Source of the DNA: Actinomycetota bacterium
Lineage (GTDB): Bacteria; Actinomycetota; Thermoleophilia; Gaiellales; Gaiellaceae
Assembly: GCA_038040395.1 (NCBI GenBank)
Contig: JBBPIJ010000003.1
Location: 127,131-191,130, forward strand
DNA length: 64,000 nt
Direction of reading: 5' to 3'
How positions within the stretch are numbered: position 1 is the first letter of the stretch; each line of letters opens with the position of its first letter. This document shows, one piece after another, positions 26,740-35,999 of the stretch. The notes under the pieces were generated by a model. That model saw nothing but the letters and a program-made list of their open reading frames with translations. It had not been told where the DNA came from and ran no database searches. Position numbers and translations under genes: made by a program.

Positions 26740-26979
26740 TTAGGAACCTGCCGCTTGCTGCTTGACGTGATTGAGCACAGCGTTCAGCTCCGGGGTGGGT
26801 GAGAAGTCGACATACTCCACATCCTCCAGCGCTTCGGGAGCATGTCCCGGCGCCCAGTAGAAGGCTTGCCCCGCCTTGTAGTCCTTTGGCCCGTTAGGCG
26901 TGTGCATACGGACCGTCCCTTTCACCATGTAACCCCAGTGCGGGCACTGGCATAGATCGCCCTCCAGCCCCGATTCCAC
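26740..26979 (-). CDS. Cupin-domain protein (short)
   Basis: CPHWGYMVKGTVRMH...GQAFYWAPGHAPE is a cupin beta-barrel pattern. The protein may be N-terminally truncated. Confidence 0.5.
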   Translation of the reverse strand: MESGLEGDLCQCPHWGYMVKGTVRMHTPNGPKDYKAGQAFYWAPGHAPEALEDVEYVDFSPTPELNAVLNHVKQQAAGS

Positions 26980-27166
26980 CTTCGCCTCCGCTCGCTAGGA
27001 GGGTTTGACGAAACAGGATCGCGGGTACATCGATTAAGCGCGTTCGTCCTGGCATTAAAAGCCGCAGAGGGCTCTGCACTTCCTCTTCGAGTTGTCACAT
27101 CCAGGCCTGAGCGCATCAGGGAGCTCAATCGGGTTTTCTGCCTGAACGGAGCAGAAGGAGCATCAC

Positions 27167-27478
27167 ATGCATGCGATCATTCGCCGTTACGACGGTGTGG
27201 ACCAGAGTCGCACGGCCGAGCTGACCGGCAAGGTCAACGAGACCCTCGTCCCGAAGCTGGAGAAGCTGTCCGGGTTCGCGGGCTACTACCTGATCGAGGC
27301 CGACAACGGCGTCTTCAGCTCGCTCGGTCTCTTCGAGACGCCTGAGCAGGGCAAGGAGTCGACGAACGTCGTCTCTACGTGGATCCGCGACGAGAAGTTC
27401 GAGTCGCTGCTCCCGAACGAGCCCAAGATTACAAGCGGCCGGGTCGTCGCTCACAGCGACCGCGTCATGGTCGCGTAG
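27167..27478 (+). CDS. Small hypothetical protein (ABM-like fold possible)
   Basis: It is a 103-aa ORF with an AGGAG-like RBS (gcagaaggagca) upstream and strong hairpins downstream. Its 3' third is duplicated in inverted orientation at 37596-37750. Confidence 0.6.
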   Translation: MHAIIRRYDGVDQSRTAELTGKVNETLVPKLEKLSGFAGYYLIEADNGVFSSLGLFETPEQGKESTNVVSTWIRDEKFESLLPNEPKITSGRVVAHSDRVMVA

Positions 27479-27498
27479 CTCGACCGCACCGCATTTGA

Positions 27499-27576
27499 CA
27501 GAGGGCCCGGCTTGCCGGGCCCTCTGTCGTTTCCTCCCAGAGGGCCCGGCTTGCCGGGCCCTCTGTCGTTTCCTCC
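27499..27576 (+). terminator. Tandemly duplicated (2 x 39 bp) GC-rich hairpin, probable intrinsic terminator
   Basis: The unit cagagggcccggcttgccgggccctctgtcgtttcctcc occurs twice, back to back. Each unit has a 10-bp perfect stem followed by TGTCGTTTCC. Confidence 0.6.
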
Positions 27577-27947
27577 CGCCGCGGTGCCGCGATCAAGGCG
27601 AAGCGGGTCCGGGCGGGCGTTTTTTGTCGGAGAGAGCCTGGGGACCCACCCCTCCCGCCTTCTCCCCGGTCCGCAGAACTGCCTTCGACCCGCGAGCTGC
27701 TCAACCGCCATCGACGACGGCTCGCAAACGCAGGCGAGCTGCCCTCGCACTGCTCGAAACGGCCGCGCCGTAGTGAAGCGGTTCCGCTCGACGGCTATAA
27801 CCCCGCGACCGCGGCGATCCCGTTCTAGTGGCGCACCCGAGAACCTCCCGCAGCGAGCCATCCGCAAGTTCCTTCCCCGACGCGAGAACTAGCCGAACGG
27901 CTAGGCGACGATCCCGCGGGCATCAGCCAGAATGAGCTGAGAGGGGG

Positions 27948-28169
27948 ATGAGGGCGGTGGCCATCTGCGGCATCTGCGGCGGCAAGTACGACGAGCGGGC
28001 CTACCAGGTCATCGTGCCCGAGCTTCGCGCGTCCTTCGACAAGGTCGACTGCTCCGAGCGCGCGCTGAAAGCGCATCGCCGCCAGGACAGGCGGCCCGAG
28101 CTTGTGGACGCACTCGTCAGCGAGGTCGAGCGGCTGCGCGAGCAGCTTCGCGAGCAAGCTCGCGTCTAG
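27948..28169 (+). CDS. Hypothetical small Cys-containing protein
   Basis: It is a 73-aa ORF with CGICGG...C and a coiled-coil-like tail. No family was recognised. Confidence 0.35.
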   Translation: MRAVAICGICGGKYDERAYQVIVPELRASFDKVDCSERALKAHRRQDRRPELVDALVSEVERLREQLREQARV

Positions 28170-28374
28170 CGGCTGGCGCAGGAGGCGTAATCAGCAGCGC
28201 CACGCACGGTCATCGAGAAGAGCGTTTGCAGGGCACTGCTCGAGCCGACCCCTACGAGACCTGCGTGCCGTCATTCGGCTCTTCTGCGACGACAGAGCTG
28301 GGAGTGTGTGTTTCGGGCTGTCTCGCTCGTTGGAGGACCACAGAGGGTGTGAGGAACCCGCGGGCCGGCTTTCG

Positions 28375-28614
28375 TCAGGCCCGCTTCCGACGCCGCTCCC
28401 GCTCGGCGTACCAGAGCTCGAACCGCCCGTGCGGGGACTCGAGGTACGCGGCGAACTGGTCCTCGAAGGCCGCGAGCTCCGCGCGGAGCTTGAACAGCTC
28501 GTATGCGAGCCGGCGTTGCTCCGAGCAAACGTGTTCGTCGCGCGCGCCGACCGCCACCGAGGCGCCGCACTCCGCGCAGGGCATGTACGCCGGCTGGGGG
28601 ATAGATCCGAACAC
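28375..28614 (-). CDS. Hypothetical small zinc-ribbon-like protein
   Basis: It is a 79-aa ORF with CAECG...HVC and a basic tail. Confidence 0.4.
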   Translation of the reverse strand: MFGSIPQPAYMPCAECGASVAVGARDEHVCSEQRRLAYELFKLRAELAAFEDQFAAYLESPHGRFELWYAERERRRKRA

Positions 28615-28723
28615 CGCTGACTCCGAAGAGGCCTCATGGTCATCGGCAGCTCCGGCCCTTGCGGCGATCCCTCAAAATAACGAGGGCCGCGTGAGCGACC
28701 CTCGAGACGGCCTCCGAAGTTGG

Positions 28724-29155
28724 CTAGACGCTCGTCGGCACCGGGATAGCGCCGATCTGCTGGAGCAGGCCGAGCTGGTCGAAGAGTCCCCAGCCCTCAA
28801 CGAGCTTCCCGCCCGAGATGCGGTTGATATTGATGCCGGCGGTGGTCGCCTGCTTCCCGGTCGCGGGCATCCCCATCAGCTCGCCCTCGTTCGTGCCGAT
28901 CGCCGTCCAGCGCGTGATGACGGTCTCGCCTTCGGCGAACTGCTCATCGACGGTGATGCGCAGGTCGGGGAACGCCGTTCGGTACATGACGACGAACTCG
29001 CGGAACCCCTGCAGGCCCCGGATCTGCTCCGGTGCGCCGACGACAGTCGCGACGAAGTCGTCCGCGATCAGCTCGTCAATCACGTCAAGGTGCCCCTCGC
29101 TCCAGACCTCGTCGTTGACCCGGCGGACGATCGCCTTGTTCTCTTCTGTTGACAT
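28724..29155 (-). CDS. SnoaL-like ester cyclase / NTF2-fold protein
   Basis: It starts MSTEENKAIVRRVNDEVWSEGHLDVIDELIADDF and contains GMPATGK...GGKLVEGW, which is typical of the ester-cyclase family. Confidence 0.8.
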   Translation of the reverse strand: MSTEENKAIVRRVNDEVWSEGHLDVIDELIADDFVATVVGAPEQIRGLQGFREFVVMYRTAFPDLRITVDEQFAEGETVITRWTAIGTNEGELMGMPATGKQATTAGININRISGGKLVEGWGLFDQLGLLQQIGAIPVPTSV

Positions 29156-29236
29156 GGGCGCTCCTTTCCGAGCGGTGCGGTGCTTCCCCGCGAGCCTACT
29201 CCCCCACCGCCTTCAGCGAAGCCAGATGGAGCGCGG

Positions 29237-29320
29237 CTACCTAGAGAGACGTCCCCGGTATCGGTAGCCAAGGATGGCTACCAAAACAATGATGATGATG
29301 ATCCAAAGCCAGATCGACAC
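29237..29320 (-). CDS. 27-aa hydrophobic peptide (below ORF-track threshold)
   Basis: It starts at GTG, with AAAGGA 5-6 nt upstream. It encodes VSIWLWIIIIIVLVAILGYRYRGRLSR*: one TM helix plus a basic tail. It lies 81 nt upstream of the SnoaL-like gene on the same strand. Confidence 0.4.
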   Translation of the reverse strand: MSIWLWIIIIIVLVAILGYRYRGRLSR

Positions 29321-29422
29321 TGTGATCCTTTCGTTAGAGCGTGCCGACTCTACGGCGAGTCGACCCGTATCTGCAACCTGCGCAGCCTACGCCCGCGAGC
29401 TACCAATCGAAACGCCAATCCC

Positions 29423-29665
29423 TTAGCTTGGAGCGCGGGGTTTGACTAGGAGGTCGGTAGTCGGCTTCCGCTCAGGCGGGGCTCGGAAGGAAACGCAGGT
29501 CAGCTCAGTGAGGAATGGCTCGGGACCGAGCTTCTCGACACGCCAGAGTCCGTCTTCGGCAAGCGAGACGATGTCGCCCTTCACATAAACGTGCTCTCCA
29601 GCGTCAATGTCGGTCGTGCGGTCGGGCTCGCCCTGCGTCTTTAGCCGAAGCAAGTACTGGGCCAT
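29423..29665 (-). CDS. Hypothetical protein
   Basis: It is an 80-aa ORF. No family was recognised. Confidence 0.35.
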   Translation of the reverse strand: MAQYLLRLKTQGEPDRTTDIDAGEHVYVKGDIVSLAEDGLWRVEKLGPEPFLTELTCVSFRAPPERKPTTDLLVKPRAPS

Positions 29666-29881
29666 GATCGCGCCTCCTGCTCCACAAAGGGTGCTGGCCC
29701 CGCAAGTCTGAACTCTGTTTGCCTTGGCTCCTCGCCTCGCGCGCGCTATGGGGGGCGCGTCGGTGGCCTACGGGCTTCCGGCCGGGGTTCTGGCAGCAGG
29801 GCCAGTGGAAATCACTCTACTCCTCTGGCGAGCCCAGTGCCGAATCGGTACGCACCCCGTAGTGAATCCTCGCCTCCACCG

Positions 29882-30149
29882 TTGGTGATCACGAACCGCC
29901 GAGCGTGGGCCGCGTCGAACTTAAAGGGGTTCGGCGACGCCTCGAACTCCCCGAGGTTCTTCCCCTCGGCGAGAACGCGTCCCTCGCCAGAGCCCCCGCA
30001 TCCGATGGTGACCGCCGGGACGAAGTCGTTCCGGCAGCCGCCCGGCTGCGGGACGCTGGCGCACCGGTCCGTTAAGACGATTTACGGGCGCGTAGGCGGT
30101 TGAGGAAACACGGGGAACGAGGCAATGAGGCGCAAACCAGTATGGGCAG
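29882..30149 (+). repeat. Segmental duplication partner of 50163-50378 (carries an extra 52 bp)
   Basis: By eye it is identical to 50163-50378, apart from a 52-bp insertion/deletion at 30014-30065. The indel is flanked by the short homology acc|g. Confidence 0.9.
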
Positions 30150-30265
30150 ATGCCCCCGGCATGAATCGAACATGCGCACGCGGTTTAGGAACTAGCGTGC
30201 CGAAACGCCATTTGCAGGGGAAAGTGAGCCTCTCGGCCAGCTGCGCGCCAGTAAATGCGCCAGTG
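30150..30265 (+). repeat. Copy B: 41-nt core + ~115-nt module
   Basis: The core lies at 30151-30191. The whole module and leader are identical to copy F. Confidence 0.95.
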
Positions 30266-30305
30266 CTCTAGGGAAGGTGCGCAGCTCGCCCCATCATTCA
30301 GGCGA

Positions 30306-30445
30306 ATGCGCGATCTCCCTTCCGGAACCGTCACCTTCCTCTTCACCGACATCGAGGGCTCGACGTCGCTCCTGAACAGCCTCGGTGACGAGTACGCGGA
30401 CGTTCTCGCCGAACATCGACGGATCCTCCGTTCCGCGTTCGCTAA
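30306..30445 (+). pseudogene. Truncated cyclase-STAND gene (first ~47 codons only), mosaic of beta and alpha subtypes
   Basis: MRDLPSGTVTFLFTDIEGS is nucleotide-identical to the 50535 gene. It is followed by TSLLNSLGDEYADVLAEHRRILRSAF, which matches the alpha-subtype genes at 2830 and 13512. Homology ends near 30445. Confidence 0.8.
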
Positions 30446-30528
30446 GAGCGGCGGTCGCTCCCCTTCTTGGCCCCGCTGGAGTGTCAGATTCATCAACGAC
30501 CCGCTATCCCAGGCGATACGTTTCCGTC

Positions 30529-30927
30529 ATGGGCAGGAACGTCCTCGTCGTCAGCACGGTCGAACATGCGGACGACGTTTTGCGTGCGCATGTCGGGGAG
30601 GCCGACACAATCAAGGTCGTGGTGCCGGTCGTACGACAGGGCGCACTCGACTGGCTCGCCAACGACCAGAAAGCGTTTGGTCATGCAGAGCGAGTCGCCG
30701 AACGCACGGCCGAGCAGCTCCCTGGCGAGACCGTTGACGCTGTTGCCGGCGAAGCGAACGTCGGTCTCGCCATCCGCGACGCTCTTGCGACTTTTCCGGC
30801 GGACGAGATCGTCGTTGCGGTTCGTCCGGACGAAGAGGAAGGGCTCGTCGAGTCGATCGGGACCGACAGCGCGCCGCAACACTCCCTCGAGGGAGTGCCC
30901 GTCCGCTATGTCGTGATCCGGGACTAG
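30529..30927 (+). CDS. USP-like / adenine-nucleotide alpha-hydrolase-like small protein (hypothetical)
   Basis: MGRNVLVVSTVEH..IKVVVPVV...ADEIVVAVRP has an alternating beta-strand pattern. The family call is weak. Confidence 0.5.
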   Translation: MGRNVLVVSTVEHADDVLRAHVGEADTIKVVVPVVRQGALDWLANDQKAFGHAERVAERTAEQLPGETVDAVAGEANVGLAIRDALATFPADEIVVAVRPDEEEGLVESIGTDSAPQHSLEGVPVRYVVIRD

Positions 30928-30940
30928 TTCGACTCGGGCG

Positions 30941-31093
30941 GTGGCCGCCTCACTTGCGCGAGCGTGCGGGCAAGCACGCGAGTCGAGCCTCGCCGATGAT
31001 CTCTTGCAGCGCGTCCGCGAGCGTGTCCGCCTGGAGATGGCGATGCTCGACAAGGGCTACGACGTGACGCCGGTTTACGAGGCGTGCGAGTAG
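30941..31093 (+). pseudogene. Possible DDE transposase remnant (IS4/IS5-like DKGYD motif)
   Basis: The short frame reads ..LADDLLQRVRERVRLEMAMLDKGYDVTPVYEACE*. Only the DKGYD-type motif supports the call. Confidence 0.25.
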
Positions 31094-31169
31094 GCCGGGG
31101 CCCAGGCGAGAAGACCGACGCCCGGGAGCATCACAGCACCCCCGCCATGGCGGAGATAGGCTCAGCCGA

Positions 31170-31484
31170 GTGGATGTCGTGTTCGAGGTCGCCAGCCAGC
31201 CGTACCCGCTCGACGAGCAAGCGGCGACGCTCATGGCGGAGAACCTGAGGGTGAAGGCTGCGCACGAGCCTGGCGCCAAAGGAACCGTAGGAGCTCGGAC
31301 CGTCGCCGACGCGATCGAGCTCCGGCTGATCGAGGACAGAGACGACCCGATCACCCTGGGCGGAGACGGGGCCGAGGCCGTCTACTACGCGCTGGACGCC
31401 CCGACCGGCGGCAGCGAGCGGCCGTGGGCGCTCTACGACGCCGTCAAACGGCTCCACGACGAGCGGCTTCGCCAGAAGAGCTAG
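31170..31484 (+). CDS. Hypothetical protein
   Basis: It is a 104-aa ORF. An internally deleted inverted copy lies at 37749-37865. Confidence 0.5.
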   Translation: MDVVFEVASQPYPLDEQAATLMAENLRVKAAHEPGAKGTVGARTVADAIELRLIEDRDDPITLGGDGAEAVYYALDAPTGGSERPWALYDAVKRLHDERLRQKS

Positions 31485-33034
31485 GACAGCGTGCCCGTCG
31501 CGTTCGAGGTCCTCGGCAAGCGCTGCGAGATCGGTGAGCGATTCGTCGACCTAAACGGCGTGAGCCGCCCCCCGTCAAGCGTGCCGCCCCCCGCAACCGG
31601 CTGCCCGGGAGAGGAGGCGAGCAGCTCCTCGTACAGGGACGCGAAGCGAGGAGCGATTTCCGCCCAGCCGTATCGGCGGCTCTCTGTCTGAGCGCGTCGG
31701 CCACGCGCCCGGCGTTCCTCCTCGCCGCGAGCGGCGCTGACGAGTGCGTCGACGAGCGCCTCCTCGTCGTCGGGCCGAATGAGCCAGCCCGTCCTTCCGT
31801 CGGCGACGATCGCCGCCGGGCCATGCGCCCGGCAGGCAATCACCGGTAGGCCGCAGGCCATCGCCTCAACCAGAACGAGCCCGAACGCCTCGGCGACGGA
31901 GGGCAGGACGAGCGCGTCGGCCGCGTTCAGCGCCTGCGGAAGCTCCTCGTGCGGGCGCCAGCCGGCGAGGAAGACCTGCCGGTTCCCGATCCTCCGCGCC
32001 GTGGCGAGTGGATGCTCCCCCTCCCACTCGCCCGGATGGCCGCCGACGAGCACGAGCGGCGCAGGCGTGCCGAGCAGCTCAACAGCACGCGCGTGGGCGC
32101 TGATCAGGAGCGGAAGGCGCTTGACCGCCGTGTAGCGACCGACGTAGAGGAAGACCGGGCCGCCGGCCCGGAAGGGAGCGAGCTCCTCGTCACGGTATGC
32201 GAGGCTCCCCGGCCGGCCGCTCTCGTCCCAGCCGCGCGGCTGCTCGACCAGCCAGCGGCGCCAAAACGCGAGCCGCTCGTCTTCTGCGAGCGGTCGCCGC
32301 GAGAAGCGCTCAAGCTCGACGCCACCCGGGAGGCCGCGCAGCTTCGCCCGCTCGAGGCCGAGAAGGAGGGCCGCCTCCGCCTCCGCCCCTGGCGGCACGA
32401 CCAGGAGGGCGCAACGCCGCGCCCAGGCTCGCAGCCGTCGGCCCCAATCCGGCGCGTAGCGCCAGCCCGGCGGCGCTCCTGCCTCGATCAGGCGCAGCAT
32501 GGCGAGCTCGGTCCCGTGCAGCTGGCCCAGCACGGGCACCGCGGGGAAGCCGCGTAGCGCGGCCTCGTTCGCGGGCGTCAGGTGGTGCAGATGGAGCAGG
32601 TCGGCGGCGCCCGCACCGGCACGCGCGAGCAGGTCGATCCAGGCAGCGACGAGCCGTTCGTAGGCGGCATCGTCGACGGCGGCAAAGATGCGATCGGGCG
32701 CATCCGGGCGATCCTCATAGGACGGCTGGAAAGGAACGGGCGCAGCCAGTGCCTCCGCACGCTCGAGCGCGCGCGAGTAGTCGAGCGCGTGGACGTCGAG
32801 CCCGGCGAAGAAGCTCGCCGCGTGGGTCAGCTCGCCCGGCTGTCCGAGCGAGCCCGCGGCGAGCGTCGGCTGCCAGCCTACGGCCGGCAGTGCGCGAGCG
32901 AGCGAGCGCGCGACCTGCGCCGAGCCGCCGCGGGGGAAGAAGAAGAGCGCCGAGACGACGAGTCTGCGCGCGTCCGGCGCGCGGCCGCCGCGCCGAGGAT
33001 GGTGCTTCCATCCCGAATCGCCTGCTACCTGCAC
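31481..33034 (-). CDS. GT4-family (GT-B fold) glycosyltransferase
   Basis: It has FFFPRGGSAQVARSLARAL and the C-terminal LVLPSVAEAFGLVLVEAMACGLPVIA..GRTGWL (E-x7-E region). The start is uncertain. Confidence 0.8.
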   Translation of the reverse strand: MQVAGDSGWKHHPRRGGRAPDARRLVVSALFFFPRGGSAQVARSLARALPAVGWQPTLAAGSLGQPGELTHAASFFAGLDVHALDYSRALERAEALAAPVPFQPSYEDRPDAPDRIFAAVDDAAYERLVAAWIDLLARAGAGAADLLHLHHLTPANEAALRGFPAVPVLGQLHGTELAMLRLIEAGAPPGWRYAPDWGRRLRAWARRCALLVVPPGAEAEAALLLGLERAKLRGLPGGVELERFSRRPLAEDERLAFWRRWLVEQPRGWDESGRPGSLAYRDEELAPFRAGGPVFLYVGRYTAVKRLPLLISAHARAVELLGTPAPLVLVGGHPGEWEGEHPLATARRIGNRQVFLAGWRPHEELPQALNAADALVLPSVAEAFGLVLVEAMACGLPVIACRAHGPAAIVADGRTGWLIRPDDEEALVDALVSAARGEEERRARGRRAQTESRRYGWAEIAPRFASLYEELLASSPGQPVAGGGTLDGGRLTPFRSTNRSPISQRLPRTSNATGTLS

Positions 33035-33120
33035 GGTTCGATTCTCGTCCGTCAGCCGGACACGGCGGCGCGGGCGCGGCCGCGCCGAGGGAGTCTCCCG
33101 AAGCGGCTCGACGCAGACAG

Positions 33121-33732
33121 CTACACGGCCAGTCGTGCATCGGACTCGAAGCGGCGCGCAAGCACCTTGTCGATGAGGCCGTACTCCATCGCTTCCTCTG
33201 GGGTCATGAAGTAGTCGCGCTCCATGTCCTTGGAGACCTTCTCGAGCGCCTGCCCGGTGTGCTGGGCGACGATCTCCTCCATCTGCCGCTTGAGCGCGAT
33301 CGCCTCCCGAGCCTGGATCTCGATGTCGCTCGCCTGCCCCTCGAAGCCGCCCGAGAGCTGGTGGATGAGGATCTTCGCGTTCGGGAGCGCCATCCGCTTG
33401 CCCTTCGCGCCGGCGGCAAGCAGCAGCGCGCCCAGCGACATTGCGATCCCGACAGAGATCGTCGCGATCGCAGGCTTGACGAACTGCATCGTGTCGTAGA
33501 TGGCGAGGCCGGCGTAGACGGAGCCGCCGGGGCAGTTGATGTAGAGCGAGATGTCCTTGTCGGGGTCCTCGGACTCGAGATGGAGCAGTTCAGCGATCGT
33601 CAGGTTGGCGATCTCGTCGTCGATCGGTGAGCCGAGGAAGATGATCCGCTCGCTGAGGAGGCGCGAGTAAATGTCGAGGGCGCGCTCGCCGCGCGCGGTC
33701 TGCTCGACCACCATCGGAATTAACGGGCTCAT
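33121..33732 (-). CDS. clpP: ATP-dependent Clp protease proteolytic subunit
   Basis: It has [48 protein letters not shown] (Ser), ILIHQ (His) and [13 protein letters not shown] (Asp). Confidence 0.9.
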   Translation of the reverse strand: MSPLIPMVVEQTARGERALDIYSRLLSERIIFLGSPIDDEIANLTIAELLHLESEDPDKDISLYINCPGGSVYAGLAIYDTMQFVKPAIATISVGIAMSLGALLLAAGAKGKRMALPNAKILIHQLSGGFEGQASDIEIQAREAIALKRQMEEIVAQHTGQALEKVSKDMERDYFMTPEEAMEYGLIDKVLARRFESDARLAV

Positions 33733-33897
33733 CGCTGCTTCCTGACTCTACTTCGGCCCGGTTCCCCTCGCCGAGCCCTGTGGGGTGCCCAAAATCGCGT
33801 TCCGCCTGCAAATCGCGGTTTGCTGCGACGCCGATCCGAGTTTTGCCACCCCACAGGTGTGAATCGAGAAAGCCGGTAGGGAAGTAGTCTGGTTTCG

Positions 33898-35073
33898 GTG
33901 ATGCAGTCCCCGGACCCCGGGTTCGCCGTCGCGGAGCGAGAGATCGAACGCGCACAAGACGCACGGTCTCTCGGCGTTGAGCTTTGGTCGGGAACGGTTC
34001 CTCCCGACGCTGAAGAACTGCGGTGGCTCATCGCGGATGGCCTTGAGAAGGGGTTTCTGACCTACGACGAGATCGCAGCCGCGCTCGAGGACGTCGGCCT
34101 GACGAGGGAGCAGACCGAGGACTTCTACACCTACCTGGTCGAACGCTCGATCGAGCTGGTCGAGGGGGAGCAGCACAAGCATCCGCCGCACGAGCAGCCC
34201 GCGCTCGTCGAGGACAAGGCGCCGCCGAAGTTGGACCTGACCGTCGAGCCCTCGCTCGACTCGCTGCGGCTCTACCTGGGCGAGATCGGAAAAGTGCCGC
34301 TGCTGACGGCCGACCGGGAGGTCTACCTCGCGAAGCGGGTCGAGCGCGGGGACATGGCGGCGAAGACGCAGATGATCGAGGCTAATCTCAGGCTCGTCGT
34401 CTCGATCGCGAAGCGGCACCTCGGCCGCGGCCTCCCGTTCCTCGACCTGATCCAGGAAGGCTCGCTCGGGTTGGTCCGTGCGGTCGAGAAGTTCGACTAT
34501 CGCAAGGGCTTTAAGTTCTCGACCTACGCGACCTGGTGGATCCGGCAGGCGGTGACGCGCGCGCTCACCGACAAAGCGCGGACGATCCGCATCCCGGCGC
34601 ACATGTTCGAGCGGCTGAACAAGGTCATACAGAGTCAACGGCAGCTCGTGCAGCGCCTCGGCCGCGAGCCGCGTCCCGACGAGATCGCCGCCGAGCTCGA
34701 GCTGACGACCGAGGAGGTGCGGGAGATCCTGCGGATGGCGCAGTTTCCAGTCTCGCTTGAGAAGCCGATCGGCGAAAAGGAGGACTCGAAGCTCGGTGAC
34801 CTTGTCGAAGATGAGCTGGCCGAGTCGCCCTTCGACGTGACCTCGGTCTCGCTCCGATGCGATGACATCGAGCACGCGCTCGCGGCGCTATCCGAACGCG
34901 AGCGCCAGGTGATCGAACTTCGCTTCGGCCTACACGATGGCCAGCCGCGAACGCTCAAGGAGGTGGGGCGCACCTTCGGCCTCACCCGCGAGCGGATCCG
35001 TCAGATCGAGAACGACACGCTCAAGACGCTCGCGTCGCTGCCGGAGGCGCAGCGCCTGAAGGACACCCTCTAA
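33898..35073 (+). CDS. RpoD/SigA-family (group 1/2) sigma-70 factor
   Basis: Region 1.2 reads [17 protein letters not shown]. Region 2 reads [51 protein letters not shown]. Region 4.2 reads [20 protein letters not shown]. Confidence 0.9.
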   Translation: MMQSPDPGFAVAEREIERAQDARSLGVELWSGTVPPDAEELRWLIADGLEKGFLTYDEIAAALEDVGLTREQTEDFYTYLVERSIELVEGEQHKHPPHEQPALVEDKAPPKLDLTVEPSLDSLRLYLGEIGKVPLLTADREVYLAKRVERGDMAAKTQMIEANLRLVVSIAKRHLGRGLPFLDLIQEGSLGLVRAVEKFDYRKGFKFSTYATWWIRQAVTRALTDKARTIRIPAHMFERLNKVIQSQRQLVQRLGREPRPDEIAAELELTTEEVREILRMAQFPVSLEKPIGEKEDSKLGDLVEDELAESPFDVTSVSLRCDDIEHALAALSERERQVIELRFGLHDGQPRTLKEVGRTFGLTRERIRQIENDTLKTLASLPEAQRLKDTL

Positions 35074-35658
35074 ACCGGCTCGCGCCCAGGTCGCCGGCCG
35101 GCCCCTATTCGGCGAGGAAGCCGACTGAGCGCAGGCGAAGCTGCGTCAATATCGCTTCGGCGTGGAAGGCGGCCGGCTCGACGCCGCGCTCGGTCGATCC
35201 CAGCCGCGGCTACTTCCCGCGCGCGGTCTTTTTCTTCGGCTTCGGCTTCCTCGTCTTGCCCGTCTTGCCTGGGCCCGCATCCTTCTTCGGCCGCTTCGGT
35301 GACACCGGCTCCCTCCTTCCTTGGCTGGCCGTACCTGGGTGCCTGCGCGCTCGCATCCGGTCGGAGGCTCCCACTCGCCCAGCAGGGCGATCTGCCCGCA
35401 GATACAGATCGGCAAGCCCACCCCTGCCAGAGCACCGTGCCATCCGTCGCTTCTCGGCTTTTCTGCGACAAGCAGCGCCTTCATCGTGACCCAGCCCGGC
35501 CAACGAATGCTTCCGCAAATCGATCAGACCGTGACCTCTCAGCGAGTGGGCGTTCTTGGCGGTACTGTTTTCCCTGACCACACGAGTGAGAGCGAGTACC
35601 GGTTTTGGCTTTGCGCCTTCCGCTGCACGTTCGTGACGCAGTCGAGGGAGGTGTAGAT

Positions 35659-35871
35659 ATGGCAACCGGAACCGTGAAGTGGTTCAACGACGACAAGGGC
35701 TACGGCTTCGTCACGCAGGACGACGGTGGCAAGGACGTCTTCGTCCACCACAGCGCGATCAGCGGCGAGGGCTTCAAGAGCCTGACTGAGGGCGCGAAGG
35801 TGGAGTACCAGGTGGAGGACGGGCCGAAGGGTCCGCAGGCACGCGACGTCAGCGTCGTCGCCCCAGTGTGA
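35659..35871 (+). CDS. Cold-shock protein (CspA family)
   Basis: It has [18 protein letters not shown] (RNP1), VFVHHS (RNP2) and the RBS GAGGGAGG upstream. Confidence 0.9.
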   Translation: MATGTVKWFNDDKGYGFVTQDDGGKDVFVHHSAISGEGFKSLTEGAKVEYQVEDGPKGPQARDVSVVAPV

Positions 35872-35999
35872 CCTTGGCGGGGCGCACAGCTGTTGGGCTG
35901 CGCGCCCTCTCGGGATAGTGCGCTCGCACTCTCTTGTCTAACTTTTGCCTTGTCTCTGGCGGGGTCGCATTCGTGTTGAGGATCCGGACAAGCCCCGGG

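Noticed and set aside
27499-27576. I considered whether the tandem 39-bp repeat is a CRISPR array.
   Set aside because: There are only two units, directly adjacent with no spacers. Each unit is itself a terminator-type hairpin, and no cas genes are in the window.
35070-35665. Minus-strand ORFs lie between the sigma factor and csp genes, including one with a Lys-rich tail (..KTGKTRKPKPKKKTARGK).
   Set aside because: Three overlapping frames of similar length are all Arg-rich. There is no start context or motif. The region is more likely a long csp 5' UTR or intergenic region.
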